Positions 13,722 to 26,195 of a stretch of DNA of 64,000 bases are shown in pieces (within the stretch, counting starts at the first letter, position 1; the number at the start of each line of letters is the position of its first letter). Origin of the DNA: Yuukianura sp. NJ FZ-2021 (lineage: Eukaryota); assembly GCA_046563655.1 (NCBI GenBank), contig CM102287.1:7502001-7566000 (forward strand), written 5' to 3'. A program made the position numbers and the translations under genes. Below the pieces are notes generated by a model that saw only the letters and a list, made by a program, of their open reading frames with translations, was not told the origin of the DNA and searched no databases.

Positions 13722-14097
13722 TGTGTTGTGCGTATGTTGTGCCTATGTTGTGACTATGTTGTGGCTGTGTTGTGACTATGTTGTGACTACGTTGTGGCTA
13801 TGTTGTGGCTATGTCGTGGCTATCTTGTGGCTATGTTGTGACTATGTTATGACTATGTTGTGGCTATGTTGTGGCTATGTTGTGACTATTTTTGAAAATT
13901 ATATAAAAAAAAATTATCCCAACACTACATGGTCAACACCCTTTATAAACGATTTGTGCATTACGAATAATATAAAATTTGCAAAAATGCCACTTTTTTG
14001 GCAAAAGCTTAGAATATTTTGTATATTTTTCTTCAAGAAATATTTTCTAAAAATATAAAAATATGTAATATGTAAGAAAATATGTTTTGCGCCTCTG
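13722..14097. mobile_element. Partial copy of a satellite-bearing dispersed element: 15 x 11-bp TATGTTGTG(G/A)C plus ~210-bp arm ending TTTTGCGCCTCTG
   Basis: Array 13722-13886; arm 13887-14097 aligns closely with 34305-34524. Confidence 0.8.
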
Positions 14098-14460
14098 ATG
14101 ATGTCTGATTGCGTCTATAAATTCCCAACAATTTTGAAAACGAGCTTCGCTATTTATTGTTGTATTAATTTATTGTTGTTGTATTAATTGGTGTTTGCAT
14201 GGCGCAAGTCATAACTGAATATTAACCAAGGCTTGATATTTACAAAACGTCTATCAGTCAAGCATTGATGTTCGTGCTATGCGTCGGATACAACTCGAGC
14301 TTTACAAAATTTGTGCGTAGTTTAGAATACGGCAATATAAAGTGTTCTACGGTGTTACACCGAGTTCTCACGGTGAAAATGGATCGATGATTCTGTAGGC
14401 AACTTTTACCTAAATCTTATCTATATTTCGGTTTTTCGTTTCAGTATTCAGCTCCAGTTC

Positions 14461-17400
14461 TCACGTTTTATTTTTTCGAATGTTCAAATATAGAGCCAAA
14501 AGCCAGTATACAACGCTCCATCCGAACGTTGTCAAGAAGCCAGGCCACACCTTCGGGTGCGTGAACGGCAATCCGCGACTTACAATTGAACGAAGTGATT
14601 CACCTGACAACGTGCATGGCAAAAATAGGCTTGCGATTCTCAGGTAGTTGGGCATTCCTTCCACAGGCCAAATCACTCCTACGAAGGTTAAATGTAACTT
14701 TAGACTATTATTTGTTTTAGTTGGTTGAATTTACTCGCCTGATATGACCAAATTGGGCATAAACGCAGCGATTGTCATTAAGACAGCTTCCAATTCCGTA
14801 TGGCAAATTGCAGCAGTAAAGAAGCCTTTACAAAACAAAAACGCTTGAACTCTAATTATTATGTATTTAAAAATTGAAACAGATTTAAACAAAAATTCAA
14901 AGCAAAGAAAACCCATACCAAACGTAATTCCTGAAATACCGACAAGCTGAACAATCATGAATGCCTGTAGAATAGATCCCTGGATTTCAATTTGGAAGAA
15001 TAAGAAAACAATCAAGAATGATATTAAGCCTTCGATTGTAGAGAGAACTAATTGCGTGAGGAAGTGGGAAATCATGATTTCCTGACTTCGTACTCCAGCT
15101 ACCAGGCTCCTTTCCAGCGCTCCAGAACTTTTCTCCATCACCATAGCCATTGCAGAAGAACAAATTGGAAAGAAAAACAAAATCCTATTCCAAAATTTCA
15201 TGACAAAATCAAGATTTACGACATTTATCTCAAGAGATCAAAAGTTATGTTTTGGTTTGCCCATACGCGACAATGGCCCCTGGGGCGATGTTCTCTGTAA
15301 ATGTTGTTGTCCAGGTACCGTACACGGGTTCGCCAAACTACATATATGAAATGTTGTAATGCGATACAACTGTTGTTACAAATGCATACTAACATACGTT
15401 TCTTTTAAAGTTGTTATACTATACACCTCAACTGGTTGAGTTTGTACACTCAACCCTCTTATATATTGAAAAATTGTGCAGTATTTACGTAAATAGGCAA
15501 GTCCACTCCTTCCACATCAAATTTACAACCGACGGCAGTTGACTTCATAAATGCCTGGAAAGCCTCCAAAATGTTCTTCTGAATCAGTAATGCTATCAAT
15601 TTGCCTGCAACATAAACGATGTAAGCACTGCCTGTAGTTGAGTTCAGTTACATTAGCGGCAAACATTACAAAAGTAGGGTAATGTAGCGACATCATATTA
15701 GAGGCCTTAACATGACAACGCCTCAAAACATTTTCACACGACACAAATATTACCTATGTAATTTACGTAACGGAACGTATACAGTCAGACATATTATTGA
15801 AATTTTTGGGGCTTACTTGAACCGTCGACTCGAATAGTAATTCTTGAAGCCATCAAAGTTTCGAGGCCTGCAAAAGCACCGTATTGCAATCTTTCTTTCA
15901 GGTTCTCTGTAAAGTTTGCTGGGAACGACATCAAGCCCCAAATTTTACTCTGTTGAGCGTCGCGTATTGCGACATCTTCCTTCTCATAGTCTACCTGTTG
16001 AATACACACAATTTAGCACTACAGTGTTGTAGAGTTAATACTTTAACTACTCTGATTGTATTTATCTTAACATTTGTTCAACATTGAGTTACCAGAATAA
16101 AAACTTCTGGATTCAAAGCCTTGATGAATTCGCAACTAGCTCTGCTGTTGTACTTGGCTGCTGAACTCATCATACATCCGACTTCGGCGGAAGAGGAGCA
16201 TTTGCTATCAGGTCCAACTTCGTTATTGATCACAGCCAGAGTTATATCATGAGGGTCCGGTCCAATGGCCAGACAGACTGTTACAATTTGCAGAGCAGGT
16301 TGACCAACCAGGAAAAACACAAAGCTGGAAGTAGAAACAAAGTTTGTACACTAACCTAACCTTCTCTACTGATGCTAAAAGCTAAACCTAGTTTGACAAC
16401 TTACAGCAAATTCCGAGCGAGAGTGAGTACATTTTTGATGAGAAGTGCCAGGATCCGACTGAATTTTTGCTTCGATTCTCTGACAAACTTTTCCGTTTTC
16501 GTTTCCTTATTTCCGGATATAGGGATTAGCAAAGCAGCTTTGTGCATTACGTCTCCTAGGCTTGGCCAGCGATTGAACGCAGGAACTTGCAGTGGTTCAC
16601 AAGGTGCAGTCACGGATAAACTTGGACTTGGTTCAGGCGCTGTGTGCAGGGCAGAAGCTGACAAGGTAATCTGGCTGCGCGGAACGTCCGGAGTCAACAG
16701 TAGGTCAGTTGAAGGTTTTGCAACTTGCATTCTGACTCTGGCTTTTGAAGCGTCTTCGGAATTTTCATCGTCCCCGCCCTGATCTTCTCCAGATTTGTCT
16801 TTCAGGCATAATTCAACTACGATTTCTTCCAAAATATTTGTTTGGTACTTTTTCATTAGAGCCAACGGTGTTTCTTCCATAAGAATCTTTCCATTCCGCA
16901 TTAACCCAATCTGTTTAACATAACACATAATGTAAGGAAACTAATGTAAAAGGAGCTCGGTTGTACATAGTTTTATGCAATTAATTTGTTATGTAATGTA
17001 TTCTTTTTTGTAATTACGCGGTTTGCATCGCGAGCTTCTTCGATGAAGTGAGTGGTAATGATGATTGAAATTCCAGAAGACGTGGCTAGTTTCACCAAGT
17101 GGCTCCAGATACTGGTGAAAGTTGGGCAATAATTAAAGTATTAATAATTAACACCAAAGTCTATTATTAGTTGATGAGTATTTCGTGATTAACCTTCTTC
17201 GTAGAAGAGGATCAACACCTACGGTTGGTTCATCCAAAATTAATAGTTCTGGATTATGAACCAATGCCACGGCAAACGACACTCGGCGTTGTTGTCCTCC
17301 ACTAAAATTTTTGAAATGAAAATTGTGATTAACCGTGAAACCGCAAATTTTGAAATTCAAGTCAAGGTTTATCTCGTCCCAGCCCAAGGTTGATAAGGAA

Positions 17401-18370
17401 AGAAATACGTTTTCTTTAATAGGTTAGGCAATAACTGGAGTTTTAATTTTTTGCTAAAAATTTTCAAAACTGAATTCACCCAGTTTCAATCGCCGTTGGT
17501 ATGGTAATTGGAATTAAAACTTCATAGAGATGCCTTTTCAATAGGCAAATTCAAAGTAGAAAAGGAAAAAAAAAACAAAGGTGGAAAAAATTGTTTGACA
17601 AGATTTCTTGAAAACTTGAGTTATTGCCCTACCTGTTGAAGAAAGTTCAATTTCGTTGTCAACGAATCTTGGTGCTAGCCTTTCCTATTCTGCATTTGAA
17701 AAGTTACGTAAATGCTTTGCAAAAATTTTGTTTCCCGGAATTCGGTAACTTTTCAACTGTATTTTTGTAAATTTCCAATAGCAGTTATTACATTAAGTGT
17801 CAAAAAATGATGCTAAGGATTTTAAAGTTTACTTCTTTTATTTTTACCTGAGAGAGTTGATGCGACGTTCTCCTGGGGGCAATTTGAGAAAGTTGATGAG
17901 AAACTTTTTGTTATCTTCGACATCTTCGCTGGACATTCCGAAAATTCTGCCGAAATAGTGTAATTCCTCTGAAATGCTAAATTCTCCATGCAGTGCAATT
18001 TCCTGTGGCATGAAGCCCAGCTTTCTTCCGGGCACTCCGCATTCCGGGTCGCCTGGAGTTTTTCCAAAAACGGAAATAGTACCGGAGTCGAGTCTCCGTG
18101 TTCCGATGACGCACGACAGTAGAGTGGTTTTCCCACATCCAGACGAACCCAACAAACTATAACTGTGGAATACAAATAATTCCATTAAATGAAATACTAT
18201 AGAGTTGAAATTTTGCTTAACTTTTCAGTATCATTGACTTACATTTTGCCACGCTGAACGTTCATTGACAAATTGTCGATGATAGGTTTAACTCCAGGTT
18301 TTTTAGAATACGCTTTAGTGGCATTTGTAACACAAACGGCGGAAATATTTGGTTCGCGTCTTACAGTCAT
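14461..18370 (-). CDS. ABC transporter subfamily H (NBD-TMD half transporter)
   Basis: Walker A GSSGCGKT, signature LSGGQQRR, Walker [31 protein letters not shown]-terminal [11 protein letters not shown] typical of ABCH. About 11 exons; one GC-AG intron (donor 14738). Confidence 0.93.
17385..17671. mobile_element. Degenerate MITE in ABCH intron, same architecture as the CAAGGTTC family
   Basis: Ends CAAGGTTG / GAATCTTG. Internal inverted repeat 17412-17444 vs 17611-17643. TSD only imperfect (gtcccagcc / gtgctagcc). Confidence 0.6.
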
Positions 18371-19530
18371 AAAGCTAATTGACCCCATGTTCATTATTTT
18401 CAACCTCGTTCAAAATTTCAATTCAAATTTTCAATTTTAAAATCAGAGCGCAGAAGTCAACGAAAACTCAAATAAATTCAAACTCCAAAGTAGTATGTAT
18501 GTTCAATCGTGCGATGGTGCTTCTTGAGACCCTTGTTTTCTTGCTGACAGCTTCACTGAAAAGAGTCTTCGTCAAACTGAATTTTGGAATTCATATATTG
18601 GGAAAAAGAAAATTATGAAACGAGGCGCATTGGAAAGTAATTTCGTTTAATACCAAATGAGCCAGATTAATTAACAGTATCTTCGAAGTTATTATGACCA
18701 AGACTGGAAGCTCATGGTGAATTTCAAAGCGACGGCCTTGAAATTACGGCCACGGCCATTAAAAAGCTAAAAAAAAGTCAAGATGAAATTTCTTCGGTTT
18801 GCGAATTCTTAGAAATTGCATTCATTATTTAACAAAACCGAATGAAATTTAAATCGCCACACAGAAAGAAAATGTAATTATATGCTGTGCAAAAACGTCA
18901 TTATTTTGAGGTTTTCTAGGTTAAAAAGTGTTTATGTAATGTACTTTCACCTAGAAGGTTACCTAAAGCTGTGATAATCTGAAAGATCATACTACATGCA
19001 AACTTCGCCTTTGGTTGTTTTTAAAACAATTTTAACCATACGTGACGTTCTAATCTGTAATGCAAAAATCATTGACAATTGGGATAATGCAACAAAGCAG
19101 TTCAATTTCATTTTTGATTCAACGATGTCAAAAAATCTAATAACACCTACTAGGATTATGTTATGTTAGGTTTTGCTTACTATGTAATTTTTATTGGGAT
19201 GCCAATCTCCCATTGTTTTCCAATATCATTTACAAAGTTACTGTTATTCCACATTTTGATAAAATTCGGTTATCTTATTAAATTTACAAAATCTACTCCC
19301 TCCGTTAATCTCTAACTCCCCAATTCCAGTGTTTTAGTTTCACGTTCTGCATTCTCGAAGAACTAAACTATCGTTATGATATCCTAGATTATCCATTCAC
19401 ATTGTGTGAGCAGCACGTTTATTATAAGGTGCTACTAAAAATTAGCACAAAATCTTATACAATTTACTTTAGTTATTAACTTATGCTAAATTACACATTT
19501 AGTGTTAAATCTTTATTCTTTGTTGTCGAA

Positions 19531-22440
19531 ATGGATACTGAAGGATCTGCTACATTCGAGTGGCCAGACTATTTAGTTTTTGGCGTTGTTCTTGCGCTGT
19601 CGGCTGGAATTGGTGTGTTCTATGGCTGTTTTGGTTCAAAGCAAGACACAAATGAAGAATTTCTTATGGGAAACAGGAAGATGGCTCCTCTTCCAGTGGC
19701 AATGTCGTTATTGTGCAGGCAAGTGCGGGTTATGCACTATGTCATTGGAGATGTTAAATCAAGCGCGACAATTTGTTACACGGCGTAACTTACACCTCGA
19801 TTGATTTGTAAATTTTACACAGGTAATTTTTTTCAGCTTTCTTTCGGCAATTTCGTTGCTTGGAACACCAGCCGAAATTTACTTTTACGGAACGCAGTAC
19901 TTCTTGGTTTTGGTTGCGTTTATTCCATTGACCATTTCATTGACGTATCTCTACGTCCCGGTTTTCTTTGAATTGAGACTGACTTCAGCTTATGAGGTAG
20001 GTTTAAATTTGCCATGATGCTACTACACTAACCAATTACATTAATCCTTCTCCAGCAATTCGTTCCGGATGAAAACACAATTTTTGATTTTGTTTCTGCA
20101 GTATTTAGAACTCCGGTTCAACAGGACGATTCGAATTGCTGTGTCGACAGTATCATGTTTATACCTCGTAAGAATACGCAAAAAGATGTGAAAATTAGCT
20201 GCAGAATTCTAAGTTTTTAGAGTTTCAAATTTTGTTTTGTAGCTTATGTACATGGCGATAGTGGTTTACGGACCTAGTCTCGCCTTAAGTCAGGGTAAAT
20301 CTATTATTATTTATATTATTCTGTATCGAATTCAAAAATAAGGCCAAACTGCTTTCTGCAATATTTTTGTCCTAAATTTTTTAGTTACTGGAATTAACCA
20401 TCGAATCTCCGTGATATCAATCTTCATAGTGTGTACATTTTATTCAACACTCGTAAGCTTGCTGTTTCAAAAAGTTTTAGAAGATATTTTGTTCACAATT
20501 TTGTTGTAATATCTCTTTGTAGGGTGGAATCAAAAGTGTAGTTGCGACGGATGTGATTCAGTGCTTGATTATGCTATGCTCAACGTTAGTGGTCGTTGGG
20601 AAGGGAGTTTATGACGTTGGTGGATTCGCGTACATTTGGGAGACAGCATATGAAGCCGGACGCATTGAATTTTTCAAGTAATTGGAATGGAAAGTTTTCA
20701 AGGTTGACTCTTTTTCGTTCGTAGTTTTGTGAACGAAAAAGAGTCAACCATGATAACTTTCTCCTGTTACCTCTTTGAAGAGGAAGCAAGTGAAAGTTTT
20801 TCGTGAAAAAATTAATATCCACTTTTAATATCCATCTACTTTGTTATTTAGCTTCGATTTAGATCCTAGGACAAGATACACAGTTTGGGGAACTGTATTT
20901 GGAGAGTACGTGGCTTGGTTGGCTGTATATGGTGCAACCCAAGCAAACGTCCAGCGATTTAGTTCTATTGGCTCAATTTCCGGCGTAAGGCGGTGTGTAT
21001 ACATCAATTATGCTCGTGTTTGATCAATTTTTTGTTTTGATTTCTTGTTAATTAATGTTTATTAGAGCTCTGATTTATAACTGGTTGGGTTTGACAGCCC
21101 TCGTAGGCTTATCACTCTTTGCCGGTCTTGTTGTATTTGCCAAGTATGTTGACTGTGACCCAATAAGCTCAAATGTAAGCTGTATATTTAATTTTATTGG
21201 AATTTAAAATCTAAAAGCTACCTTAACCATCACATAACCCATGAAAATTGTGGACAATGAATTTATAATGTCATTTTTAAAGCAAGTGCAAAGCCCCGAC
21301 CAATTGCTACCACTGTTCGTAATGGACACTTTGGGAAACACACCGGGGCTGCCCGGATTTTTTGTAGCAGGGATTACATGTGCGAGTTTGAGGTAAACTA
21401 TTTTGCAATTACTTCTGAATGTAGTTAGTAAAACAATTGAAAACAAATTCGGAATGTTTTTTTAGCACAGTGTCAAGTGGGCTTAACGCACTGGCAGCAG
21501 TGATTGGAGAAGACTTCATAAAATACTACCGCCCAAATTTAAAACCACGTACAATGGCCAATCTATCTAAAGCAATTTGTGTCATTGGAGGAGCTTTGTC
21601 CTTTGGGCTTAGTTTTGTTGCGGAACTAGCGGACAGCATATTCCCAGTACAAAAAATATTTAAAACATATTTAAAATTCAAAATTTTGAATTGTTGTATA
21701 ATGTACTACTATATAGTGCATATACAACTATTCAAAATACGAAATAATTTAACCCCATTGTAAACAGAAAAAAGTTACAAAAGAACAATATAATTGTGTT
21801 TTTTTTTGTTTACAGACCACCATCGCTCTAATGGGAGCAACATTGGGTGAGCTTTTTTCGTATAACCATTTTTTAGCAATTTTAATAAAATGAGAGGGAT
21901 TTCTAATTTTCAATGTCATAATTTCAGGACCAACACTTGGAATATTTTCGCTAGGACTGTTTTTCCCATTTGCAAATTCAAAAGTAAAACTTTTTCAAAA
22001 AAATTTTGTCAATTTTTTGTATTAAACTTGTTTTCCAGGGAGGACTTTTGGGACTGATCTTAGGAATCTCCATGGCCTTGTTTGTGAGTATTGGATCTCT
22101 GGTTGACCCCAACATACCAAATCAAAAACTGCCGCTGTCCACTGCTGGATGCATAGGATTCAATTCATCAGATCCAATTTCAGATGAAGGACTGTATTGG
22201 AAAGACAAAGAGTACAGTGTTCTCACGAACATTTTTTCAGTGTCATTCCTTTGGACATCGGTCATTGGAGCGTTTGGTTGTTTACTACCCGGTGTTATTT
22301 TTAGTTTATTTTTTACTACTAAACCCAATACAGTTGATGCAAGATGTATTAGTCCACCACTCATGCGTCTCTGGAAAAAACTGAACCCTCAAAAATTGAA
22401 TACTGTTTTAATACAACACAAGGAATCAAATTGTGATTAA
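19531..22440 (+). CDS. Sodium:solute symporter (SLC5A6/SLC5A8-like)
   Basis: [94 protein letters not shown]. About 13 short exons; first intron GC-AG (19719-19836). Final exon end uncertain. Confidence 0.93.
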
Positions 22441-23102
22441 AAGAATTTTACCAGAAAAAAAATAGCATGGTCATAAATTTTGCTGAATTTAGTAGGCTTG
22501 TTTTTGTTTGTATCTTCAGGTAACTGATGCTTGCAACTGCGTTCAAAGCATATGAAATTTTTGGAACGATAAATACATGGTGCTAAAGACAGAGACTTAT
22601 TGACAGCATGATAACATGGGAAAACGATCGGTGGAGAAGATTAATTGTGCTGTAGACTTGCTCTGTATAACGTCTACTGAATTCATGAAGACGTAATTTT
22701 ACACATTTTTCTTTAATTTTAGTAGAAACAAAGCAGCTTTCAAATTGATGCGGGATCGCATGTTTAACCTCACCTAAAATGGTGGATTTGTTGCATGGTT
22801 CCATGTATTTGTGTATGTAGTTAACACGAATTATGCAACGACATTTCGTAACTTTATTTTTTTAAAATACTTCATCCTAATCAAGGCTACTTGTCCACGA
22901 GTGTTTTATCATGTCAAGTTTCAGTTTAAATTAAATTGGCAGTTGATGTCGATTTTTTATTGTAAACCAACTCAAAAACTAGTTTTTGGTTTACTCAAGG
23001 TCATTCAGCCAAGTCCCAAGTTGTTAGCGTGTGCCATTGCAATTTTTGTCATTAGACGCTCACTTTAAAAGTCTACCACTTTTATCAACATCTACTGGAG
23101 AT

Positions 23103-25707
23103 ATGGCCACTCCGGAGATTTGTATCCTTGGCGCTGGGTATTAATTTTGTCAATTTGACTTTTGTGCTAAGTTGTAGATTTAGTTAATTTAGTTCGAGTA
23201 AAATATTGGCTGATTTAAAAAAAACGAAATAGGCAAGGCAGAATTTGAGGTTTAGCATTTTGATTTGCCAGATTTGCGGGGCTGACAGTAGCTATTCAAC
23301 TTCGTCGTACGTTACATTGGAATACGTTTACCATTTATGAAAAAAACGAAGACATTGGAGGCGCATGGTTTTCGAATGTGTATCCTGACTGCGCATGTGA
23401 CTTTCCCAGTCACTTCTACTCTTGGTCATTCGAACCAAATCCTGGTAACTTTAATGTTCTGTTGTTTTGAATTTTGTCTGAAATTGAAATTTTTGATTTT
23501 ATTAAACCCAGACTGGTCAAAAAATTTTGCTGATCAACCGGAGATTCTGGCGTACATGAAAACGGTAGCACGCAAGTACAAAGTCTACGATAACTTAAAA
23601 CTGAAAACTGAAGTTGAATCTGTGACATGGAACGAGAATGTAAACCAATGGACTGTAATTGCCATGAACAAGGACAGTGGTGTTAGAGAAACGCGAAATT
23701 TTGATTTTATGTAAGTGCAAATTTAATTTGAAACGTAGTATTTAAATAGAATTTTAATTTTTTTTTGCAATTTTAGTTTTTCAGGGGTGAATTGTCTTTG
23801 GCAGCCGAACAAACCTAAAATTTTTGAAAACTTTTCGGGTCCTTGTTTTCACACAGCCGAATGGAATGACTCGGTGGATCTGGAGGGCAAGGTCGTGGGG
23901 GTAGTTGGTACGGGATCGTCTGCTGTCCAAGTAATTCCTTGGCTTGCGCAGAAAGCAAAAACGTTGCATTCATTTCAGCGCCAAACAGCCTGGATTTTGC
24001 CCAAAGACGTCTACGAGTACAGCAGTTTCCAGAAATGGGCATTCCGGAACATTCCATTTGCAATGAAGTTTCATCGCTGGGGTCAATTCTGGGAGCTTAA
24101 CAATATGAACAAAGTGGCAGTTCATGGATCTGAATTGAACAAACAAGGTAACCAATAAAATTCGAATTGCCATTGTATCAAGGTTCGTAAACAAAAAAAA
24201 ACTTCTTTCACACTAGGTTGTTCAATAACTGGAAGTTTTGGAATTTGTTTGAAAAAATAATTTTTGCCTTTCTATGGTATTTTTTTGCCTATAATGTAAA
24301 TGGGATTGCTGCAGAAATTTGTGTGAACTTCAAACTTTCTGCACCAACTTCAAACTTTGAAGTAAGGTGTTTGGAAATCCTGAGGTATTGGACAACCTGT
24401 TGTACGACATACAATTTGTTGTATTTCGGTTGTCAAGGAACCTTGCATTGTATGCTATGACTATTATATTTCGACGTAAGTGAAAAAACGCACGCCCTCA
24501 TCTCATTTATACATGGTACTAAAATTCAAATGCTTTTAACAGTGAGGGAGATGGCCATTAATTTCATCAAAGAACAGACAAGAGCTAAACCAGACTTGTG
24601 GAAACAACTTGTACCAAACTATGATTTCGGATGTAAGGTCGTATCATTTTCGAGCACTTATTTTCCAACTCTGGCAATGGAAAATGTCAAAGTTCACTTC
24701 AACGGAATTTCTGATGTTACTGCCAAAGGTGTAGTCGCTACTGGAGAAAGTGAAACTCCTCTTGATGTAAGCTCGGAACGATTAAAATTTATTTCAAAAC
24801 TATTTACGCAAGGTTCGTAAACAAAAAAAAAACTTTTTCTACACCAGGTTGTCCAATAAATGGAAGTTTTAAAATTTGTTCAAAACAAAAACTACCTTTC
24901 TACCGTAATTTTTTGTATGTAATGTAAATGGGATTGGTACAGAAATTAGTTTGAAGGTATTTGAAAACCCTGAGGTATTAGGTATTGGACAACCTGTTGT
25001 AGGAAATACAATTTGTTGTATTTCCGATGTCAATGAACCTTGCATTTACGTGTCATATCAGGCTAATTTAAAAATGATTACAAATTATCATTATATTTTT
25101 GGCTTCAATTTTGAGGTGCTGATTCTTGCCACTGGCTTCAAATCACAAGAAATTTTTGGACCAATGAAAATGATTGGTGCCGAAGGACAAGACGTTTTAA
25201 AAATTTGGCAAGAGGATCGACCAAGAAATTTTTTTGGCCTGTGTAGTACGATTGCTCCAAATTGCTTTTTCATTGGAGGTCCGTACGGCGTAAGTTGAAT
25301 TTTTTGATGCTGTACTGAGTTTCTTGTAATTTAATTTTGAATTCAAATTCTTCCTAACTCCTACTAATATGACTTGTTTTTAATTTTTTTGTGCCTTACT
25401 ACTACAGATTATTCCAACGACAACTGGAACGTTCATGTACGAAACTCAAGCAAACCATGCAATTGAGCTTTTGAACTTTATGTTCAAAGCAGATAAGAAA
25501 TTTGTTGTAGTGAAGAAGGAAGCGGAAGACGCTCACATGGAAGAAGTTGACCAATCCATATCTACGCATGTCATTTCGAAGAATCCAGAAGCAGCATCTT
25601 GGGTTATTAATAGCAAAGGAATGTTATTTGCGGGAAGTACGTTTTCCAGTCTGGAATATTGGTGGAAAGCAAGAGCTTTTGACTCTTCAAAATTTGTTTT
25701 TAAGTAG
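23103..25707 (+). CDS. Type I Baeyer-Villiger-like flavin monooxygenase (bacterial/fungal type) with six spliceosomal introns
   Basis: Exons 23103-23137, 23272-23444, 23512-23710, 23777-24147, 24543-24766, 25116-25289, 25408-25707. FAD motif ILGAGFAG; GGAWFSNVYPDCACD; fingerprint FSGPCFHTAEW; NADPH motif VVGTGSSAVQ; DVLILATGF; YETQA. Confidence 0.9.
24179..24445. mobile_element. hAT-like MITE, copy 1 (BVMO intron 4)
   Basis: TIR CAAGGTTC...GAACCTTG; perfect 8-bp TSD CATTGTAT at 24171-24178 and 24446-24453; internal IR AGGTTGTTCAATA / TATTGGACAACCT. Confidence 0.9.
24809..25042. mobile_element. hAT-like MITE, copy 2 (BVMO intron 5)
   Basis: Same TIRs; aligns with copy 1 along its length; TSD TATTTACG / CATTTACG (7 of 8). 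Confidence 0.88.
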
Positions 25708-26195
25708 TATGTTCAAATTTTCATTACGCGTTGAAATGAATTGAAACTTTGAAATTGTAGTACCCATGTCCTAATAGTATTTTGTTATTTCGGTCCAAAC
25801 ATAGAATGCGCACAAAAATTGCACAAATATATAAAAAATCCATGTTGAATTTGATTCTTTTTTTTTTCCTCCCCATTCTTGGCAATTAGTGCGGTATCCG
25901 GCAGGAAGTAGATCGCTATCGAACAAGTCAAACAGAACGACAATAATCTATTTTTGGAAGTTTGTTTTTGAAATTTGAAGTTATTGATGAATTCGTTATT
26001 TGCAAAACAGGAATTGAGTTGCATGTTAGTCATTTCGTCGCCTTTATGAAAAGGAATTGCATGTTCTAATTTCATAATTTCTGAAATTGGAATTGAATTC
26101 TAAAGAAAACTGTTTTTGGTTCCGGTTAATTGTAATTGCTTTTATAAGACAGAATTAATGAAACGCAAAATTCAGAAAGAATTTACTCTGTAACC

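Noticed and set aside
23103..25707. BVMO as bacterial contamination
   Set aside because: It has six spliceosomal introns, contains host MITEs and is contiguous with arthropod genes.
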